Below the pieces are notes generated by a model. It was not told where the DNA came from. It saw nothing but the letters and a program-made list of their open reading frames with translations, and did not search any database. A DNA stretch of 64,000 nt. Source: Eledone cirrhosa (lineage: Eukaryota). A program made the position numbers and the translations under genes. The stretch is taken from contig OZ024742.1 of assembly GCA_964016885.1 (NCBI GenBank), forward strand, positions 193,750,001 through 193,814,000, read 5' to 3'. This document shows positions 54,561-64,000 of this stretch, piece after piece. The stretch's first letter is position 1, and each line of letters begins with the position of its first letter.

Positions 54561-55879
54561 AAAATTAAGATAAATTAAATGAATTTAATCTAAATCGAAA
54601 TTGTGGGTGTCATGCCATAACGGCGTGCGCCATATCGCCCGGAAAATAAGCTCAAAGATTCTATCGTGTAGGTCCGAGCCTTTTATAATAACTAGAAATT
54701 GATTAACATATATATAAACATGAATAATCAGAGGAGATAATTTTTACAAGCGTGTAACCACGCATAGCTAGTTGGGTAACAAATATATAAAATTGATTAG
54801 AACTTCAAAAATAGATACCTTTTAATATGATTAATCTTCCCTGTATATATTCCATTAAATAAATATATTTCACCAATTAATCAGATGGTAAGTCACGGAA
54901 GGTGGATATAATTGGATTATCAATAAGGAAGAAGAATGTCCAGCAATCCATGCTTACACAGCGAGTTCAAATCTTCAACTGCCCGGTACCACCTGTTGTG
55001 TTTACACATCACAGCAGCTTCGTCTCAGTGGCGTGAATAGGTATTCGACAACTAGAAACAGCAGTCGATTCCTTTCAACAGAGTTAACTCTACAATATAT
55101 ATCCACTTCCGTGATTTACAATCTGATTAATTGGTGAAATATATTTCTTTAAGGGAATATATACAGGGAAGATTAATCATATTAAAAGTATCTATTTTTG
55201 AAGTTCTAGTCCACTTTATTTATTTGTTACCCACCTAGATATGCGTGGTTACACGCTTGTAAAAATTATCTCCTGTGATTCTTCATGTTTATATATATGT
55301 TAATCAATTTCTAGTTATTATAAAATGCTCGGACCTACACGATAGAATCTTTGAGCTTATTTTCAGGGCGATATGGCGCACGCCGTTATCGCATGACACC
55401 CACAATTTCGATTTAGATTAAATTCATTTAATTTTTCTTAATTTTGGATATAGATATATAAATACGGCTCCGTAATGTAGAGCTAACTCTGTTGAAAGGA
55501 ATCGACTGCTGTTTCTAGTTGTCGAATACCTATTCACGCCACTGGGACGAAGCTGCTGTGATGTGTAAACACAACACGTGGTAGCGGCCAGTTGAGGATT
55601 TGAACTCGCTGTGTAAGCATGGATTGCTGGACATTCTTCTTCCTTGTTGATAATCCAATAATATCTACCTCCCGTGACTTACCATCTGATTAATTGGTGA
55701 AATATATTTCTTTAATGGAATATATACAGGGACGATTAATCATATTAAAAGGTATCTATTTTTGAAGTTCCAGTCAACTTTATTTATTTGTTACCCAAAT
55801 AGCTATGCGTGGTTACACGGTTGTAAAAATTATCTCCTATGATTATTCATGTTTATATATATGTTAATCAATTTCTAGT

Positions 55880-55885
<6 letters not shown>
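54558..55885 (+). repeat. Second locus of the 15055 family: ~563 bp unit in partial tandem with a 5' inverted copy
   Basis: atcaatttctagttatta recurs at about 55303 and 55867; 54558-55095 is inverted; conserved cctattcacgccactgg. Confidence 0.85.
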
Positions 55886-55948
<63 letters not shown>

Positions 55949-55981
55949 TAAGCACTCACACACACATACACTACACACATA

Positions 55982-58880
55982 TGTTGTTGTTGGACGGCTA
56001 TCGTGATCGATAAAGTCCAGCCTAGCAATTCATTCGTTTGTGTACCCTCATTTGGGATCTCAGACCAAAATCTGATACTAACAGGCGGCTGCATATATGA
56101 GACTCAATGGAACGCTCTACAGTACTGGTCCTGGCCTTCATTGATGCAGGTTTTTCCACCTGGCTGCTTTCTCTTTCATTTTCATAAATTTCTTTTACTT
56201 GTGAATAGCTTACGTCCATTCAGACGTATTGGTGGCCAAGTTTTCCTATTATTCTTCATCAATGTTACATTTCTGGAGGGAATTGTTTCAGTATGTCGTT
56301 GTAGCGAAGCTTAAGCCATCCTCTTGGTCGATGGCCCTCTGTCAGTTGACTATAGGTTTTCCAAAGAACATTCATTTTTGAGACACTGTGATAAAATTTG
56401 ATGTTTAACATAGGTCGTAAGCAACAGTGGTGAAACTGATCTAGTAGATTGACACCCGTTAGGTAAATAGTTCATGATTCGCATCCATACAAACATGCAG
56501 TCAGGCCCACTGCTCTATATATTGCGCACTTCATCTCCAGGTTCAGAAACCTTTCGTTCCATGCTCGGTTATGGATAGTATTATAGGAAGCACTTACCTC
56601 AACGATGCGGTTATCGAAAATGTTGGAAAAGGAGGGACTGCTACAAAGATACGTGAAGGAGTCAAATTTGTTAAGTGCCTTGATGTCGATTCTTAGTTCA
56701 GGCATGTTTACTGTTGAAACATTTACAAGTTGAAACATCACTTCAGGCTTTTTGATGTTATTGTTAGCCTACATAGCTTAGTGGCTGCAGACAGAGGATA
56801 TGTCTAGTCATTGAAAGACATCCTCCGAGTGGGTGACAGTAGCACAGTCATCAGTATATAGGGTCACGAACAAGTTATTTAGTAACTTTAAATTTTTCCT
56901 ACAGGCGTTGAGTATTGAAGATACCTCCTTCTGTCCTGTACGTGATCTGAGTCCTTGGATCTGAATCTTTAATAGCAGAGATGTGGCGTTTTGGAGCGAG
57001 AACGCATCCATGTTTGATTCCATTAGTGACCGGGAACTCATCATTCTAACTGCCGTTGAATGATATTGTGCATATGCCATCGTGAAATCATCTGATTATT
57101 TTGACCATCTTCTGACAATCCTGGTCTGGACACTGTATCGAACGCCTTGGTGAGGTAGGCAAAGTGGATATAGTGATCCATAGTTTGTTCTTTACATTTT
57201 TTTTTATCTGTCCTTTTGCGAATATCATGTCAGCTGTTCTTCTCTTCTGACGAAAACCACAATGGCTTTCTGGTACTCTCTCATCAAGAAGACCTTTTAA
57301 GATGACATTGGAGACTATCTTGCCTTCAATGCTCAAAGGGGAGGTCCCACTATAGTTGTCACAGCTGTACTTGTCACATTCGCTTTTGGACAGGTGTTCT
57401 ATTCCAGCTTCTTTCAGTTCTTGTGGTAAACAGCTATCCTTCCAGCATGCACGGAGGTACTCAGTAATCTTCTGTATCAGCGGCTGACCGTCTGTTGATT
57501 TAGCCCATTACAACTCTGCAATTGCTTTTGTCACCTCTTCTTCCATGGATAGGTTGTCAATTTGCACATGTAGGGGTCTAGCTGAGATATCTTCCATGAT
57601 ACTAGAATAAATCGATGATGGTCTGTGAAGGAGCTGCTCGAATTATTCTGATCATCTCATATTTATTTCCTGAATATCAGTGAGGAGCGCACTCTGCAAA
57701 TTCAGGATTGGAGCTTCACTTCTTTATTGTGGCCCATACATCACTCTCAAGTTGAGTCAGCATAACCCAGGATCTCCTCTGTCATCCTTTCCACCACCCT
57801 TCATAGAGCACAACGGTTTTTGAGATGGTGGAGCTTGTTCGTTTTAGTCAGATTATTTGTCCGTTAGCCATTTCATTCGTGCAACATACTTCCCAGCAAA
57901 AAGCCTGAATTTCAGAATCTTTGTCATCTATTCAGTCCAGATGATGTTTTTGAGGACCTCTATTGTCACTTTGGTGGCGATGTCAACTTCATTTCTCAAT
58001 TTGACCCACTTTTCTTCTGTCTCTCCTTTGATAAAGGCAACTTACTCTCGACGCATCGAGAGTTTATTCTGTAAGGTAATTTTTAAGTCAGGCTTTTAAG
58101 TTTTCTGATGTTCCAGTTTTTCTTTTCTTATTCTTCGCACCAGGTTGTTCACCTTTGATCTGACGAAGAGTTAGTCTGTTGAACATTCGGCACCTATCTG
58201 CTTAGATAATGTGATAGTCACACAGATCGTCTTCTCAGCAGACAATAAAATATATTTGATGTCAGTGGTTCGAACTTGGTTGCATCTAGGTGGTTTTAGA
58301 GGCACCCTTCAGTTGAGAGAATATATTCCTCATTGCGAAATTGTGCTGGGAGCATAATGAAAGCAGACGTTTCCCACTGAGTTCTCATTATTGATCCAAT
58401 GCCCACCAACAATGCCTTCCCGTGCTATATAATTTGGGCTGATGTTCACATTGAGATCCCCCAGGATAATCAACCTATTCCCTGCAGGTACAATGTGTCC
58501 AACTTTAAGTTCTTGGTTTTCATCTTGTTTTGTCTTGGCGAGGACATATACACTTATCAAAGTACCATATGCATCGTCCCGATGCTGACATTGATGACCT
58601 GGGGCTGTGACTCAAGTCCAGTGAGGAGAGACATACTTACTGAGAAGTCAACACCTGCCTTCCTTTAAGCTTTGTGACTTGACCAGTATATAATATATCC
58701 TGATCGAACCTGGCTTAATTGACCCCCGTTTAAATATCTTGTCTCGCTGTTACTACCTGATACCAACAACCACGAGTGGTGTTCTGTGGTAATTCTTTTT
58801 ACGCAGTATGCGGGTGCAGGATTTTCTATCTGCGGTTACTCCCATCAACTTTCCTCACACAAGGGGTAACCCTCGAGACA
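55982..58880 (-). mobile_element. Decayed near full-length RTE (BovB-like) LINE with (CAA)n tail
   Basis: IILGDLNV (APE), ESHCGFR..TADMIF, LYTDDC, FTYL, LYGCES; short 3' end copy at 54385-54411. Confidence 0.88.
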
Positions 58881-59016
58881 GGCACAGATTGTAGAGTCTG
58901 GTTTCATACAGTAATCGAGACTTATCTCTTACCTTTGCTTAATATGCATATTAAAAAGGTAAAACTAAGAAAAAGGTAAAATTTAAAAAGTGGAATATGT
59001 TAAAGAAAAAATATGG

Positions 59017-59092
<76 letters not shown>

Positions 59093-59114
59093 CCATATTT
59101 CTTTAACATATTCC

Positions 59115-59157
<43 letters not shown>

Positions 59158-59174
59158 AATATATATATACAAAT

Positions 59175-60229
59175 ATTATGTTCTGGTATATCAAATTATT
59201 ACCATAGAACCACCTTAAATCATAGACACACTATATATTTCCGGGGGTACATTGTACCCTCAGATATATATTAACCTTTTTCAATAATCTCCATATGTAG
59301 AGATACAAATTTGTCGTTATATTTAGTTACTAAAAATCTTTTTTTAGTGGCGAGCTATAGACGGCGAGTCTACGATTTCCCGCCTTCACTATACACCAAT
59401 GTATTTACGGGTCACTTTCACGACCTTTTAGACCTGTATTAGTTGGAGTGAGGTCATATATTTTGTCGTTCCTGGGGTTTTTAACCCTAGGACAGGAAAA
59501 TGTTTCTCTGATGATCGTTGCTTTTCCATTAATATCCTGGTGATATTTAATGTTTTGCACCGTGAAACTGTACAGTTAGGGCCATTAGAATAGGTAAATA
59601 TTTATATTATATTTTTTAATTTTGATTAATTTTGATTGTATATTAATTTTGATTTATTTTGAAAAATTGATTGAATTTTACTTGTTCTGCTTATCTTGAT
59701 ATTATGTTCTGGTATATCAAATTATTACCATAGAACCACCTTAAATCATAGACGCACTATATATTTCCGGGGGTACATTGTACCCTCAGATATATATTAA
59801 CCTTATTCAATAATCTCCAGTATGTAGAGATACAAATTTGTCGTTATATTTAGTTACTAAAAATCTTTTTTTAGTGGCGAGCTATAGACGGCGAGTCTAC
59901 GATTTCCCACCTTCACTATACACCAATGTATTTACGGGTCACTTTCACGACCTTTTAGACCTGTATTAGTTGGAGTGAGGTCATATATTTTGTCGTTCCT
60001 GGGGTTTTTAACCCTAGGACAGAAAAATGCTTCTCTGATGATCGTTGCTTTTCCATTAATATCCTGGTGATATTTAATGTTTTGCACCGTGAAACTGTAC
60101 CGTTAGGGCCATTAGAATAGGTAAATATTTATATTATATTTTTTTAATTTTGATTAATTTTGATTGTATATTAATTTTGATTTATTTTGAAAAATTGATT
60201 GAATTTTACTTGTTCTGCTTATCTTGATA
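59175..60229 (+). repeat. Near-identical tandem dimer of a ~527 bp structured non-coding unit, one HHR per unit (59504-59581, 60031-60108)
   Basis: attatgttctgg at 59175 and 59701; ttct-CTGATGA..GAAAC-tgtaca-GTT-aggg; flanked by (TA)n. Confidence 0.92.
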
Positions 60230-60600
60230 TATATATATACATATATATATAAATCAGGAAACAAGAGTGACACGGTTTGCTATATAAAAAAGGTTTTTAA
60301 TCTCATTGCTGAGAAAAGAAAGCGTACATTAGCAGATGTACTGCTAATATACTCTTTCTTTCGCAAAGTTTCTTTCTCAATGCCTCTTTAATTATTAGAC
60401 TATTCTCTTGTATTATATGTTGCATTTATTCCAATCTGTGCTTTTAATTTTAATTTGAATTATTGTACAATTCTTGTATAATATGTCGCATCCAGTACAC
60501 CCTGTAAATACGAAACTGTTGCTCTGAACATCAATATATATGTATCTATATGAATGTTCATTTGAATAGGAGGTTAATTATATGTACAAACATTGATAAT

Positions 60601-60646
60601 GCTCCGATGCCTCCAAACGAAAGTTTTGAAGAAACGATTGTCAGCT
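60601..60646 (+). ncRNA. Degenerate C4-variant HHR related to those at 13931 and 31752
   Basis: gct-CCGATGC-ctccaaac-gaaa-gttttgaa-GAAAC-gatt-GTC-agc. Confidence 0.6.
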
Positions 60647-60699
60647 ATTTAATGATTTGAACATAACAAAGTGTCTAATTTGTTATAATGTATTATATA

Positions 60700-62885
<2,186 letters not shown>

Positions 62886-62959
62886 TGTTGCTCTGGTGCT
62901 TACATAGAGCACGCTTCACTCCTATGACTTTTTCAATTTTCAACGGAAATTTCAATACT

Positions 62960-63054
<95 letters not shown>

Positions 63055-63379
63055 GTGTGTATATATGTATATATATATGTGCGCATACTTGTATATATAT
63101 ATATATATACAAGTAAATAATCGAGAATCAGAATTTCGGCCCACAATTAACGATAAACAAACTTCGACATGAGTGGCAGAGGGCTCAATAGTTTGGATGA
63201 ACCAGAGCTATAACTATCGTTAAAATGCCAACACATAAAGACGATGCTTAGAATCAATCGCACAGCCGAAAAAAACGACCAGGAAAATTCGGGTCACTCA
63301 ATTAAAAAATTAATAAATTAATAGATTAAAGAAATGTATATATTTATATTGACCTTAGATGTTTCTGCCCTAGTAGACC

Positions 63380-64000
63380 TATAAGAGGTAGACCCCCCAC
63401 CATAACCTCAATGGCAAAAAAGACTCCCACGGGAAGGTGGATTGGGTGGACCAAAGCTATACGGACCCCCCAAAACAATGATCAGGTAAGAAAAATGGTC
63501 GCACATGCAATAGGGGCTAGTATCAAAACTACCCTAAAGGGCCCCATATTTAAGTTCAATGAGAAAATCTACACCCAAAATGAGGGAGCAGCCATCGGCG
63601 TCAGCATAGCTGGTGATGTTGCCAACCATTTCGTGGTATGGTGGGAAAGGAGACTTAAAGATCTCCTTAATGAAAGCACCATAGACCTCATCATGTACTC
63701 TCGTTATGTAGACGATATCAATATAGTTATAAGAACACCCCCACTAGAGAGCACTAACAAGTTTGAATTAGAACGTAGCACGATGGAAAGCATCCAGCAG
63801 ATAGCTAATTCCATACACCAGAGTATAACTGTAACTATCGACTTCCCTTCCAAACACCCTAACAATAGACTACCTGTATTAGACACAGAACTCTGGATTA
63901 ACACTATAGACGAGAGAGCCCAAATTCTCCACTCACACTATGCTAAACCCATGGCCTCTAAATACCTGATACTCAAAAACTCGGCAATGTCCAGTAGTGC
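63380..64000 (+). mobile_element. PLE reverse transcriptase of a third type, open to the window end
   Basis: Frame from ATG 63495: FKFNEKIYTQNEGAAIGVSIAGDVA..WW..YSRYVDD..IANSIH..DFPSKH..LPVLD..HYAKPMAS; absent from the ORF track because it has no stop. Confidence 0.88.

Overview
AT-rich eukaryotic repeat desert with no host protein-coding gene that I can support. The SINE families and the dense (TA)n/(TG)n/(GA)n microsatellites suggest an octopus or other cephalopod genome (inference). The window is a mosaic of decayed retroelements: three Tx1/L1-clade LINEs (one near full length), at least eight Penelope-like element (PLE) remnants of apparently three different types, RTE, CR1, CRE and R4/Dong fragments, and tRNA-derived SINEs. 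The main signal found by reading the sequence is a very dense set of more than 20 type-I hammerhead-ribozyme (HHR) motifs. They sit in PLE pseudo-LTRs and in non-coding 270-610 bp tandem or inverted units embedded in (TA)n. Many have 55-95 nt stem-II domains, and non-canonical cores recur (U3-A8 UUGANAA, U3.G8 UUGAUGA, C4 CCGANGA). Some of these units look like retrozyme-type non-autonomous elements. Two families share the same tandem+inverted architecture but show no HHR; one of them carries an embedded tRNA-like fold. All alignments and folds were made by eye and coordinates are approximate.
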